Shown: positions 49,629-60,161, counted from the first letter of the stretch. The stretch: DNA of 64,000 nt from Candidatus Hydrogenedentota bacterium (GCA_029552745.1 JAKPDK010000167.1:73973-137972), one strand, 5' to 3'. Notes: a model not told the origin generated them from the letters alone. A program made the numbers and translations.

Positions 49629-51923
49629 TTAAGGTTTGAACCGGAGCGTGCCCTTTGGCGGAACCACGCGGAACTCCACCGCGTCCACTTCGCCGCGACC
49701 GCTCATGCACGTGAGCCGGTGCTCTCCTTCTTCCAGAGCCAAGAAAACCGGCGCGGTGGCCGTTGACGTTCCCACGTATCGATCGTCGACATACCAATGC
49801 ACGGGGGTTTCAGCATCAGCGGAAGATTCGAGACGAATGCGATCTCCCTGCTTTTCTCCGGTTAACACAAATTCAGCACGGTCTGCCGGAACAAGGATTC
49901 GGGCTCCGGAGACTCGCTTCACAGTGGACGATGACGGGCTTTCGTTCGGCGTCACAGGCGACTGAACATTTGCCAAGTCCCATCCTTTCGCAATACCCGG
50001 GAAACGCTCCACCGTGTGCATAAGGTTGTCCGTCCCTTGCACGGGATAGTGTACATCGCAAACGCGGTGCAAGAATTGGGAGCGGGGAAGGCTGACTTGT
50101 CTCTTGTGTTCACACCACGCCGACGCGGGCAAGCCGGACGTGGCACATACTTCTACCGAAACCAGATCATCACCGACTTCAGGCCATGCGGCGTCTGTTT
50201 TGGCTGGCAGCGCACGGAAAAGGCGTCCCGCGAGAGGCAATGCCGCTCGAGCACCCACCAACCATGTCGACGGCTTGCCATCGTTATTTCCCATCCATAC
50301 TCCCACCACATAGTGACGATTAAAGATGACCGTCCATGCATCCCGTTGTCCCGTGGAAGTCCCTGTTTTCCAACAGACGCGTGAGGTACTCCCACCGGCA
50401 GGGACCGCACTCGAGTCCAGCTCCTCCGGCAAGGTCTGTTCCAGCATCTGATACAGTTGCAAGCACACCCCACGCGAAAGTTTTCGTTGCGGCGTTGGCG
50501 CACGAACCGTAGCGATAAGCCGTAACGGCCGCCATTCCCCAAGATTCGCCACCATCGTGTAGGCTGTCGCCAGTTCTTCCAGCGTCACCTCACAGTCGCC
50601 CAGCGCAAATCCAAGCCCATAAAAATCCGCGCTGCGTTTTAGGGAACGAAACCCCATGTCGCGAAGAAATGTGTAAACCGTGTCGACACCGAGACGTTCC
50701 AAAACAAGTACGGCAGGTACATTTAACGAGCGCCGCAACGCCTCCGAAGCCGAAACGAGCCCCCGATATTTCCCATCGGCGTTTTCCGGAGCGTACAACC
50801 CATAATCTAAGGTATTGTCAAGCAGCATCTCACTACTGTACAAAACGTTCCTCTCCATGGCTGCTGCATACAAGAATGGTTTTAGGGTCGACCCGGGAGA
50901 CCGAGGCGCCCGAACTACGTCTACCTGACCGCCGCCCGGAGTCTGAAAGAAATCCGCCGACCCTACCCATGCCAAGATTTCGGCGCTTTCGGCATCGACG
51001 ACGATCGCTGCGGCATTGCCAATTTTTCCTGCATAGCCGCGAATGGTCTCTCGCAGCATGCGTTCCGCCAGGGCTTGGACGTCGGCATCCAGAGTTGTCT
51101 GCATTGTTTTACCGCCTGCTACAAACGGTTTAAGCCGTGCCGCGACATGTCGAGCATAGCCCGGGAATTCATGACGACGTACGTCGAGTGGTGTCGCAAC
51201 GGCGGCGCGGTATTCCTCTTCGTCGATGTAGCCCTCTTCTCGCATTCGCTGAAGAACATAGTCCCGACGTATCTTGGCTCGTTCCGGGTGGGCGAAAGGC
51301 ATATACGACGAAGGTGCCTTCGGTAATCCCGCTAACAAGGCGGATTCCGGCAACGTGAGTTCTCTTGCCGTTTTGCCAAAGTATCGCCTTGCCGCTGCCT
51401 CGCACCCCACAAGGTTGAGGCCGTAAGGTGCCGTGTTCAAATACGTCTGAAGAATTGTGGCTTTGTCCACATGTCGCTCGAGACGCACTGCTTGTACCGC
51501 TTGGAGAATTTTTTTCCAAAAGCCTCTTTCCGACATCAACCTTGGTTTGACGACCTGCATGGTAATCGTGGACGCCCCCGACACGACCCTACCGGAACGG
51601 AGATTCTGCCACGCCGCACGGACAATGGCGATGGGATCTATTCCCCAGTGGTCATAAAAGCGATGGTCCTCGGTTGCTAGGGTAGCATGAATAAGATACG
51701 GACTTATCTGGGATAAATCGCGTTCAAAACACCATTGATCCGCTGCATTGAGAAACGGATGAAGCAAAACACCGCGGCGATCATGAATTTCCCCCGAGCG
51801 TGGAACGGTCAGGTAAGACATAGCGTCCATAGGTAGCCAAGAAAACAGCCCCCACGCCCCCGCAAGTAGCAGAAGTCCTGTGAAAAGGATAACGCCGAGA
51901 TGTTTCCACGAGATGTGCCTCAT
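49629..51923 (-). CDS. pbpC: Penicillin-binding protein 1C
   Basis: EDHRFY, SGASTITMQ, RSPGSTLKPF, SLN, WKTGTS, C-terminal PBP1C-type beta domain. Confidence 0.9.
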   Translation of the reverse strand: MRHISWKHLGVILFTGLLLLAGAWGLFSWLPMDAMSYLTVPRSGEIHDRRGVLLHPFLNAADQWCFERDLSQISPYLIHATLATEDHRFYDHWGIDPIAIVRAAWQNLRSGRVVSGASTITMQVVKPRLMSERGFWKKILQAVQAVRLERHVDKATILQTYLNTAPYGLNLVGCEAAARRYFGKTARELTLPESALLAGLPKAPSSYMPFAHPERAKIRRDYVLQRMREEGYIDEEEYRAAVATPLDVRRHEFPGYARHVAARLKPFVAGGKTMQTTLDADVQALAERMLRETIRGYAGKIGNAAAIVVDAESAEILAWVGSADFFQTPGGGQVDVVRAPRSPGSTLKPFLYAAAMERNVLYSSEMLLDNTLDYGLYAPENADGKYRGLVSASEALRRSLNVPAVLVLERLGVDTVYTFLRDMGFRSLKRSADFYGLGFALGDCEVTLEELATAYTMVANLGEWRPLRLIATVRAPTPQRKLSRGVCLQLYQMLEQTLPEELDSSAVPAGGSTSRVCWKTGTSTGQRDAWTVIFNRHYVVGVWMGNNDGKPSTWLVGARAALPLAGRLFRALPAKTDAAWPEVGDDLVSVEVCATSGLPASAWCEHKRQVSLPRSQFLHRVCDVHYPVQGTDNLMHTVERFPGIAKGWDLANVQSPVTPNESPSSSTVKRVSGARILVPADRAEFVLTGEKQGDRIRLESSADAETPVHWYVDDRYVGTSTATAPVFLALEEGEHRLTCMSGRGEVDAVEFRVVPPKGTLRFKP

Positions 51924-52005
51924 GGCAATTTATACCAAGCCACCGTTTGTCTGTGGCGCTTCGCAATCAAGAATCCATATCCCGAAACCCATGTACTTCG
52001 GGCCG

Positions 52006-52842
52006 TCACCCGATATCGCTTCTCGTGTCCCGACTGCGCCGCGGGATGGGCACATACTCCACGGTCGGCACGCGACGCATCGGCTGAGGGTACAACGACA
52101 ACAAATACATAATACTTTCCGGGATATCTGTGCGTACCGGTAGTCCCAATTCCTTTGCCTCATCGCAAGTAATAGGATGATCGTGCGTCCACGTGCCTTG
52201 AGAAAGGAGCGTGGCGATTTGCTGCGCTCGGTCAGCGTTCATCTTATCCCGCAAAAGTTCCACAACACTCCGATGAACCTGTTCCATGGCTTTGCGGGCA
52301 AGATCGGCAAGAATGAGCGTTTGATCGTCGATCTCCGCAACCGGCTTCGTATCAAGCACTTTTAGAATGGACGCCGCAGGGTATTGCCCCAGTTGAGGAT
52401 CGACGGGTCCCAACACGGCGTGAGGCGCCATAACAATTTCGTCTGCGGCAAGGGCAATCAGGGTGCCACCCGACATCGCATAATGCGGAACGAAAACCGT
52501 CACTTTCCCGGGATGGGCATGGATCGCACGGGCAATCTGCAAAGCGGCTAACACCAATCCACCAGGAGTGTGCAACACAATGTCCAGCGGCACTTCGGGG
52601 TCGGTCATGTGGATCGCCCGAATCACTTCTTCGGAATCGTCAATATCAATGTACCGAAATATCGGAAACCCCAAGAGGTTCATAGTTTCTTGGCGATGAA
52701 TCAGAAGAATTACGCGGGAATTACGTTCCCGTTCGATACGACTCAATATGCGCTGTCGGGAACTCTCCAAGAGTTTTTGGCGTACCACCGGTTGGATGGC
52801 GGTCAACATAAAGAACAACCAAAGCAGATCGAGAAAACCCAT
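52006..52842 (-). CDS. ClpP-class serine protease (SDH/DUF114 family)
   Basis: IHRQET, LHTPGG, AMSGGTLIALAADEI, LGPVDPQ, WTHD. Confidence 0.85.
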   Translation of the reverse strand: MGFLDLLWLFFMLTAIQPVVRQKLLESSRQRILSRIERERNSRVILLIHRQETMNLLGFPIFRYIDIDDSEEVIRAIHMTDPEVPLDIVLHTPGGLVLAALQIARAIHAHPGKVTVFVPHYAMSGGTLIALAADEIVMAPHAVLGPVDPQLGQYPAASILKVLDTKPVAEIDDQTLILADLARKAMEQVHRSVVELLRDKMNADRAQQIATLLSQGTWTHDHPITCDEAKELGLPVRTDIPESIMYLLSLYPQPMRRVPTVEYVPIPRRSRDTRSDIG

Positions 52843-52871
52843 AGATTTGTCTCCTGCGTGCTAGCGGGCAA

Positions 52872-53618
52872 TCAACGATATCCAGCCCAAGGCCAAGCCC
52901 CTTCAACACCATATTCGTCAATGAAAAACGGCCGTCTTGCCGGCTGCCGAATCAGAAACAACCGATGCAAAAACACCCCAGCTAAAAACCCGCCCACGTG
53001 CGCCCACCAGGCAATACCGCCACATTCCTGTGCCGTCAACAAACACAACGTACCACTGAAAAACTGCGAGAAAAACCACAACAACAGAAAGAAAAACGCT
53101 GGAATCTCTATAAAGAACGGCAGGAAAAATATCGGAATAAGGCAGATAATGCGCGCACGAGGATAGAGAAAGAAATACGCCCCCAACACGCCCGCAATGG
53201 CGCCCGACGCGCCAATTGCAGGAACCGTTGACCCCGGATTCGTCACCACATGGGCAATTCCAGCAATTACCCCACACGTCAAGTAAAAGAGAAGAAAACG
53301 CGCGGGACCCATACGGTCTTCCACATTGTCCCCAAAAATCCACAACGTCCAGAGGTTACTGATGATATGCAACCAACCTCCATGCAGAAACGTCATCGTC
53401 AAAAAAGACGCCAACCCAATTCCCGGAAAACCCACGTGAGCCGCCCAGCCCGGCTGCGTGTACCGTCGCGGCACCACCCCCAGCAAATACACCACACGTG
53501 CCAGCTGCTGATCGGAAAGCCTTAATTGCAGCACAAAAACAACAATGGTCAGCCCCATGATCGACCACATCGCCAACGGCGGCGTTCGGCTGGGCACATT
53601 ATCTCGAATGGGCAACAT
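52872..53618 (-). CDS. Rhomboid intramembrane serine protease
   Basis: FLHGGWLH, FGDNVED, IGASGAI, AWWAHVGGF. Confidence 0.92.
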   Translation of the reverse strand: MLPIRDNVPSRTPPLAMWSIMGLTIVVFVLQLRLSDQQLARVVYLLGVVPRRYTQPGWAAHVGFPGIGLASFLTMTFLHGGWLHIISNLWTLWIFGDNVEDRMGPARFLLFYLTCGVIAGIAHVVTNPGSTVPAIGASGAIAGVLGAYFFLYPRARIICLIPIFFLPFFIEIPAFFFLLLWFFSQFFSGTLCLLTAQECGGIAWWAHVGGFLAGVFLHRLFLIRQPARRPFFIDEYGVEGAWPWAGYR

Positions 53619-53902
53619 AGTGGTTCACCCGTTACGCATGCTCTGTTTCCAGTTCATTGTCATTATAGCCCCGCATGTCAGAATTATCCACACGTGTATT
53701 GGCATAATGGACGGTTGCGCAACTCATCGTTGATTGCACACCCGAGCGGGCATCCATATCAACCCTTGTGGATACGACGATGCCACCGCCCCTAAAAATT
53801 GCGTGACGTAAAAGTACCCTTTCCTTTGCGTTTGGTGTTCAACATCGGCATTGCCCCGGGGTGTCCCAAAGAACGAAACCCGTTGCGCTACACCACCCAC
53901 CT

Positions 53903-53945
53903 TGTCATTGCGAGGAGTGCCGTGAGGCACGACGTGGCAATCCCC
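53903..53945. repeat. Single left arm of the TGTCATTGCGAG family
   Basis: TGTCATTGCGAGGAGTGCCGTGAGGCACGACGTGGCAATCCCC, identical to the arm at 43955. Confidence 0.85.
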
Positions 53946-54072
53946 GCGGGTCTCAGGGATATAACGCGGAGTCGGGATAAAGCGCACGGCAGTGCGCCCC
54001 TGGGGAAGGCGCGGGGGTTACAGGGAATGCCTCCGTTTTTCAGGAGTTCTGGGAATGGGTATACTGGATGGT

Positions 54073-55008
54073 ATGGGACAGGAGATATCTTCATACGAAG
54101 AAGGTTTTTCTTTTTTTGTTCGCTGGTGGAACAGATTGGCGCGCCGTGTCCGCTGGATAGTAAAGGGGACGATGGGTGGGAGACGGCGATTACTTGTCGA
54201 GATTTGCTGGCGTCTCGGAGACGAGGTGATGGCGTTGCCTGTCTATGAGGCATTGAAGAAGCAGTATCCGGATATCATCCTCGGGGTGCAATGCCACTAC
54301 CCGGACCTATTGTTAGATAATCCTTTTGTTGACGAGATCAACCCAAAAGACATGGAGCCCGACCGCTACATCTTCTTGAGGCACGCGGACCGCACCTTGT
54401 ATCGTCCCGAAGCCTATGCGAGGGCGGCTGGCGTGCCCCTTCCTCTTTCCCGTCCTCAGCTCTATTATGCCGACTGGTCGTGTCGTTTTGTACAAGAACT
54501 TCTCATTGGAACGGATCCCCATAAACCATGGGTTGCCGTTTCAACCGGCGCGTCATGGAAAATTAAAGAATGGCGCATAGAATATTGGCAACGACTGTGT
54601 GCTTTGTTGAGGGCACAAGGGTTTCACGTGGTTCAACTGGGCACTTCGGAGCCGGTGTTGGACGGAGTAGTAGACCTCGTGGGAAAAACATCCGTGCGCG
54701 AAGCGGCGTGCGTCTTGCACCACGTTCATCTTTATGTGGGCTGCGACTCAGGCTTGATGCACTTGGCACGTGCCGTGGGGACGCCTACCGTCGCCCTGTT
54801 CGGTCCCACCGACCCTGACATTCTGATTCGAAACGATCCGGGATTTTTCCCCATACGTGCGATGTGTGACTGTTTTGGCTGTTGGAATCGGGGTTTGTCA
54901 AAGCAGCCGGGCGAATGTATTCGAAACCAGCCGTCGTGTCTCGATACAATCCTCCCGGAGCAGGTAGCGGAACAAGTATTCCGCATTCTTTCCGAGTCAA
55001 AAGGCTGA
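54073..55008 (+). CDS. Glycosyltransferase family 9 (heptosyltransferase-like)
   Basis: RLGD, KEW, DLVGKTS, GCDSGLMHLA, ALFGPT; start uncertain. Confidence 0.82.
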   Translation: MGQEISSYEEGFSFFVRWWNRLARRVRWIVKGTMGGRRRLLVEICWRLGDEVMALPVYEALKKQYPDIILGVQCHYPDLLLDNPFVDEINPKDMEPDRYIFLRHADRTLYRPEAYARAAGVPLPLSRPQLYYADWSCRFVQELLIGTDPHKPWVAVSTGASWKIKEWRIEYWQRLCALLRAQGFHVVQLGTSEPVLDGVVDLVGKTSVREAACVLHHVHLYVGCDSGLMHLARAVGTPTVALFGPTDPDILIRNDPGFFPIRAMCDCFGCWNRGLSKQPGECIRNQPSCLDTILPEQVAEQVFRILSESKG

Positions 55009-55010
55009 AT

Positions 55011-56063
55011 ATGCAGGCCCTTTTCCTCACGTTATATCCAGAGTCTGCGGCGAGTTCGCGTTATCGCGTGGGCCAGTTTGTACCATTCCTGAGTCAGTTC
55101 GGTATAGAATGTAGTGTCGCAGCGGCACTTTCTGAAGTTCAGTATGCAAGGTACAAGAGACAGGGTGCATGGTTCGGAGCGCTGCGATACCACGTTACCG
55201 AATTATCACGACGGGTGGGGCAGCTTGTTAGGGCGAGGCAATACGATGTCGTCGTGGTGCAAAAGGCGTTGTTATCCGTTTACTTGAAGGGTATGCCTGC
55301 TCTTTTACGTCGGTATGCGCGTCGGATTGTGTATGACATAGACGACGCGGTGCATTTGGTGTCTCCAAACCCTGTACCTCTATATTGGCGGTGGTGGGAA
55401 GACAAAGAACAAATTCTCAAGATTTTCGGTATGTCTGACCTTGTTTTGGCGGGAAATCATTGGCTGAAAACGGAAGCGGAACGCTGCGGGGCGCGCGCCG
55501 TCTTGTTCCCGACCGTAGTGGACGCCGAACGTTTTGTGCCCGCCGCGTATGGAAGCGCGGAGCCCTACACCGTTGGTTGGTTAGGAAGCCCGAGCACAAC
55601 GCCGTCTTTGTCCGTTATCGGCGCCGACCTATCCCTTTTGGAGAACGTGCGATTAGTACTAATGGGTGCAGACCCGAGTAAGGTGTCGTGGGAAAAAGCG
55701 GAAATCGTTCCCTGGTCACTGGAGTCGGAAGTGCCCTTTGTTCAACGCCTCTCGGTCGGATTAATGCCGTTGGAACGGAGCGATTGGTCTCGAGGAAAAT
55801 GCGGTTTGAAGGCGATTCAATACATGGCGTGCGGTGTACCGTGTGTCGCAACACCTTTTGGAGCGGCGCTCGATATCATCCGACATGGGGAAACAGGATT
55901 CTTCGCAGATTCCGCCCACGAGTGGATTCACGCGGTAGAACGATTGCGCGATCCGGTATTACGGCGACAAATGGGGGAGGCGGCGCGGGCGGATGTCGAA
56001 AAGAGGTTTTCGTTGAAAAAAGCAATTCCGGAGATGGCAACGTGGCTAAATGCTGTAGCTTAA
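55011..56063 (+). CDS. Glycosyltransferase family 4
   Basis: ASSRYR, YDIDDA, GWLGS, GKCGLKAIQYMACG. Confidence 0.85.
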   Translation: MQALFLTLYPESAASSRYRVGQFVPFLSQFGIECSVAAALSEVQYARYKRQGAWFGALRYHVTELSRRVGQLVRARQYDVVVVQKALLSVYLKGMPALLRRYARRIVYDIDDAVHLVSPNPVPLYWRWWEDKEQILKIFGMSDLVLAGNHWLKTEAERCGARAVLFPTVVDAERFVPAAYGSAEPYTVGWLGSPSTTPSLSVIGADLSLLENVRLVLMGADPSKVSWEKAEIVPWSLESEVPFVQRLSVGLMPLERSDWSRGKCGLKAIQYMACGVPCVATPFGAALDIIRHGETGFFADSAHEWIHAVERLRDPVLRRQMGEAARADVEKRFSLKKAIPEMATWLNAVA

Positions 56064-57190
56064 AACGCGTATGCTTTGTGATTCCGACACTGGAGAAAGG
56101 GGGAACGGAACGTCAACTGATGTATTTGGCGCGGGGGCTAGCACAAGACCATGAAGTGACGGTGTATTGTACCCGTCGAGAGGGACATTGGGGCAAAATA
56201 CTGCGGGAAGCCGGCGTTTTTGTGCAAGTGGTACAAAGTTTTCGCCTTCCCGGAGGTTATTGTCCGTTTCAAGCTGCGAGGTTCTCGCATCTCTTTCGCA
56301 AACACAGGCCTGACATCTTGCAAACGTTTTTGTTTGGGTTCGATCTGCCAGTAAACCGTGCGGCGCGCAACACAGGGGTACCGGTCGTCATTTCCAGTCG
56401 GCGTGAACTTGCCGCCTGGCAGAAATCCCGCCATCTCGCTCAGCAAGTACGTGCCAACGAGCTGGTGGATTGTGTTGTGGCGAATAGCCGCGCAGTGGCG
56501 GATTTTGCGATTGCCCAGGAAGGACTTCCCCCGGAACGCGTGCGAGTTATTTACAATGGAGTGGATGTGGCGGCGTTTTCCACGCCAAAGGAGGGGGAAG
56601 ACGTCCGACAACGCCTAAAAATTCCCCCTACGGTACAAGTAGTGGGCATGGTAGCCAATCTTAGTCCGGTGAAAGATCACGAACTCTTCTTGCACGCCGC
56701 CGCTCATTTGGCACAACAAAAGCCGAACGTTCATTTTCTTTTGGTGGGTGAAGGACCTCTAAGGGGTACCATCCTACGACAAGCCCGGCGACTCAGACTC
56801 AAAAAACGTCTCACTCTGGCAAGCGCAGCCGAAGTATCCGCATCATGGTACGCGGCAATGGACCTCGTCGTGCTGTGTTCTAAGAACGAAGGATTTCCGA
56901 ACGCATTATTGGAAGCCATGGCAGCAGGGAGACCGGTGGTAGCGGCCGCCGTCGGTGGTATACCGGAACTTGTGGAAGATGGGGTCACAGGACATTTGAT
57001 AAGGTCTCGGAGTCCGGAAGATTTTGCCACTGCCATGCGGGAAATCTTGGAAAGCCCCGAAAAGGCTGACCGCATGGGGACGCTGGCGGCGGAGCGGGCA
57101 CGCACCACGTTTTCCCTCGAAAAAATGATTTCGGCATACCGCGAGCTCTATAACGAACTTCTGGTGCGTTCCATTCGGATAGGAGTATAA
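56042..57190 (+). CDS. Glycosyltransferase family 4
   Basis: GGTERQ, ANSRAV, IYNGVD, EGFPNALLEAMAAG; GTG start after GGAG. Confidence 0.85.
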   Translation: MAKCCSLKRVCFVIPTLEKGGTERQLMYLARGLAQDHEVTVYCTRREGHWGKILREAGVFVQVVQSFRLPGGYCPFQAARFSHLFRKHRPDILQTFLFGFDLPVNRAARNTGVPVVISSRRELAAWQKSRHLAQQVRANELVDCVVANSRAVADFAIAQEGLPPERVRVIYNGVDVAAFSTPKEGEDVRQRLKIPPTVQVVGMVANLSPVKDHELFLHAAAHLAQQKPNVHFLLVGEGPLRGTILRQARRLRLKKRLTLASAAEVSASWYAAMDLVVLCSKNEGFPNALLEAMAAGRPVVAAAVGGIPELVEDGVTGHLIRSRSPEDFATAMREILESPEKADRMGTLAAERARTTFSLEKMISAYRELYNELLVRSIRIGV

Positions 57191-57193
57191 CCG

Positions 57194-59095
57194 GTGTGTG
57201 GGATTTGCGGCATTATCCATCCAACACCTTCCCGCCTCGTTGATGAGACGACACTTGCCGCAATGAACCGTGCTATGCAACACCGGGGCCCAAACGACGA
57301 GGGGGTTTGGGTCGGAGGTCATGTCGGTCTTGCCATGCGTCGGTTGAGCGTGATCGATGTCTTTCGTGGTCGACAACCGATGCAGAACGAGCAGGGCACG
57401 GTTATCTTGGTCTTTAACGGCGAAATCTACAATTACAAGACGCTGCGCGCCGATCTTGAGTCGAAAGGTCATACGTTCCACACATTAAGCGACACGGAAG
57501 TTATCCTGCGCGCTTACGAAGAGTTTGGCGAGGACTGCCTGCACCATTTCAATGGGATGTTTGCCTTCGCCCTATATGACAAGTCCCATGACCGTCTTTT
57601 GATAGCGCGCGACCGACTCGGTATTAAGCCGCTTTACTATACCTTTTCGGAAGGCTCGTTGATTTTTGCCTCAGAACTCGACCCATTAGTACGCGGCGGT
57701 TTCGTTTCCGGAGAAATCGATCCGGCAGCGTTGGACGCCTACTTCACGTATCTGTTCGTTCCCAGTCCGGCGACCATTTTTTCGGGGGTATACAAACTAG
57801 CGCCCGGGGAAAAGCTCATCTACTCGCGCGGACAATGGAGGGTTGAGAAATACTGGTCATTAGAATATCGAATCAATCCTGCCTGGACGTTAGCCTCCGC
57901 CGCCGACGAGTACTTGCATTTACTCACCGATGCTGTGACGAGGCAACGCGTCAGCGATGTGCCGCTCGGGGCCTTGTTAAGTGGGGGCGTGGATTCCAGT
58001 TCAGTAGTGGCACTCCTTAGCCGAGAGATATCGGCACCGATTAAGACGTTTACGGTGGGATTCAGCGATGCCGCCTACGATGAGCTTCGTTATGCGCGGA
58101 TTGCCGCACAGACCTTTGGCACAGACCATACGGAGACCGTTTTAGAAGCAGACGTCAAAGACATGATTCCCAATCTGATTCCCCATTTTGGGGAACCATT
58201 TGCGGATTCGTCCGCGTTACCTACGTGGTTGATTGCGAAGGTTGCACGTCAGCATGTGACCGTCGCTCTGGCGGGGGACGGTGGCGATGAACTTTTTGCT
58301 GGCTACACCTGGACGCATATGACACGGCGCGTGGAACAGTACAGCCGATTGCCACGCTGGGCGCGCCACGTTTTGGAGGCCCTTCTCTTTCTGGCGCCTC
58401 GTCACCCGTTTATCTCCCGAATGCGCCGGTTCAGCAAAGATTCTTTCCGCCCACCAGAAGATGTTTTTCGCCGTCGTCACACGTGTTTCGGGGGCGAAAT
58501 GCGCTCGAAATTGTACAATGCGGACACGGCGCGGGCAGTCGCCTATGCTGCGGTAGACTTCTTTCAACAGCATATGGACCGAGTCGACGGACTCTCTTTT
58601 CCTGACAAAATGCTCTACCATGACACCGTCATGTACTTGCCGGACGATATCTTGACCAAAGTAGACCGAATGAGTATGGCGCATTCTTTGGAGGTGCGAG
58701 TCCCCATTCTGGACCATCGCATCGTCGAATTTGCAGCAACGGTACCCTTTCCGCTGAAATACAGAGGGAACATTTCCAAACGCCTTGTCAAACATGCCTT
58801 TCGAAACATACTTCCACCAGAATTGCTGAAACAGCGGAAACAAGGATTTGCCGTGCCGATTCACCGATGGTTCCGCAAAGAGTTGTTGGAACATTTTGAT
58901 ACAACGGCGCTTGCACCGGACGCACGGCTCCGTCGTTTCCTAAATCCCCAAGCGGTAGCCAAACTGAGAGATAGCCATATAGCGGGAAGAGAGAACTACG
59001 GGCATCACCTTTGGGCAATCTTGGTGTTTGAGCACTGGCTTCGCTATCTCGAGACGTTACCGAAAGTTGTCCCTTATGTACCACAGAAGGTATAA
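57194..59095 (+). CDS. asnB: Asparagine synthase (glutamine-hydrolyzing)-like amidotransferase
   Basis: N-terminal CGI, HRGP, FNGEIYN, ARDRLGIKPL, LSGGVDSS, GDGGDELFAGY. Confidence 0.92.
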   Translation: MCGICGIIHPTPSRLVDETTLAAMNRAMQHRGPNDEGVWVGGHVGLAMRRLSVIDVFRGRQPMQNEQGTVILVFNGEIYNYKTLRADLESKGHTFHTLSDTEVILRAYEEFGEDCLHHFNGMFAFALYDKSHDRLLIARDRLGIKPLYYTFSEGSLIFASELDPLVRGGFVSGEIDPAALDAYFTYLFVPSPATIFSGVYKLAPGEKLIYSRGQWRVEKYWSLEYRINPAWTLASAADEYLHLLTDAVTRQRVSDVPLGALLSGGVDSSSVVALLSREISAPIKTFTVGFSDAAYDELRYARIAAQTFGTDHTETVLEADVKDMIPNLIPHFGEPFADSSALPTWLIAKVARQHVTVALAGDGGDELFAGYTWTHMTRRVEQYSRLPRWARHVLEALLFLAPRHPFISRMRRFSKDSFRPPEDVFRRRHTCFGGEMRSKLYNADTARAVAYAAVDFFQQHMDRVDGLSFPDKMLYHDTVMYLPDDILTKVDRMSMAHSLEVRVPILDHRIVEFAATVPFPLKYRGNISKRLVKHAFRNILPPELLKQRKQGFAVPIHRWFRKELLEHFDTTALAPDARLRRFLNPQAVAKLRDSHIAGRENYGHHLWAILVFEHWLRYLETLPKVVPYVPQKV

Positions 59096-59154
59096 CGTTG
59101 GTGCCGTCTTCACGGCATGCAACCATAAAAATACAGGATTGCGAGAGGTCAGTT

Positions 59155-60105
59155 TTGAGCAAAAAGGAAGTACCCGTCACGGTCCTTATGTGCGTTTACA
59201 ACGCCGAAAGGTTTCTCGTGCCCGCGGTGGATAGTGTCTTGTCGCAGACATTCGAAGATTTTGAATTTCTGATTATCGACGACGGCTCAAGCCGCCGTTC
59301 GAAGGAAATACTGAAGCGTTTCGCGGCGCTTGATTCCCGTATTCGGTTGATTTCTCGGGAAAACCGCGGCTTTGTTGTTTCGCTGAACGAAGGACTCCAA
59401 GAGGCAAGAGGGAAGTGGATCATGCGCCTCGATCACGATGACATTGCCACGCCGGAACGCCTTGAAAAACAACTGGCGTATCTGGAGCGTCATCCGGAAT
59501 GCGTCGTGCTCGGGGGCGCCTTTGATTACATCGATGACAAAGGACGTTTGCTCACCACGATCTACCCGCCAGAGGATAATGATACCATTCAACAGATGCT
59601 GCTTGCAGGACATAATGCCCTGTGCGATTCGACGCTGATATTTCATCGGGACCTAGCACGTCAAGTAGGGGGGTATCGTTTAGAGATGATTTTAGCAGAG
59701 GACCTTGACCTATGGCTGCGAATGAGCGAACACGGTCAGGTGGCGAATCTACCAGACGTGCTATGCCAATATCGGCTTCACACCCGTTCCTTAAGCGGCG
59801 CTCATCATGAACGTCAGCGTGAAGTCATGCGTAAAGCCTGTGAGGAAGCATGGGCACGGCGAGGCATAACCGGACATTTTGAAGCCGAAGAACCTTGGCG
59901 CCCATCACCTGACCGTTCGTCACGGCTACGTTTTGATTTGATGTATGGCTGGTGGGCGTTCAATAGTGGGGAACGTCGAACGGCTGCTGTCTACGGTTGT
60001 CGGGCGATCAGCACGATGCCCTGGCGCGCGGATGGATATCGGTTGTTGGCTTGTGCTCTGCTGAAACGTAGCAAAGCCAACTCCGACCGACAAGCCTCGA
60101 CATAA
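59155..60105 (+). CDS. Glycosyltransferase family 2
   Basis: VYNAERF, IIDDGS, RLDHDD, AEDLDLWLR; TTG start after GAGAGG. Confidence 0.87.
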   Translation: MSKKEVPVTVLMCVYNAERFLVPAVDSVLSQTFEDFEFLIIDDGSSRRSKEILKRFAALDSRIRLISRENRGFVVSLNEGLQEARGKWIMRLDHDDIATPERLEKQLAYLERHPECVVLGGAFDYIDDKGRLLTTIYPPEDNDTIQQMLLAGHNALCDSTLIFHRDLARQVGGYRLEMILAEDLDLWLRMSEHGQVANLPDVLCQYRLHTRSLSGAHHERQREVMRKACEEAWARRGITGHFEAEEPWRPSPDRSSRLRFDLMYGWWAFNSGERRTAAVYGCRAISTMPWRADGYRLLACALLKRSKANSDRQAST

Positions 60106-60161
60106 GACATTTATGCCGATTTCTTCGATAAAAAAGTCAAACGGTATTCCTAGGAAATCCC

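Noticed and set aside
57194..59095. Lasso peptide cyclase
   Set aside because: Intact N-terminal Cys glutaminase domain, glycosyltransferase context, and no B protein or precursor nearby; fits a polysaccharide amidotransferase.
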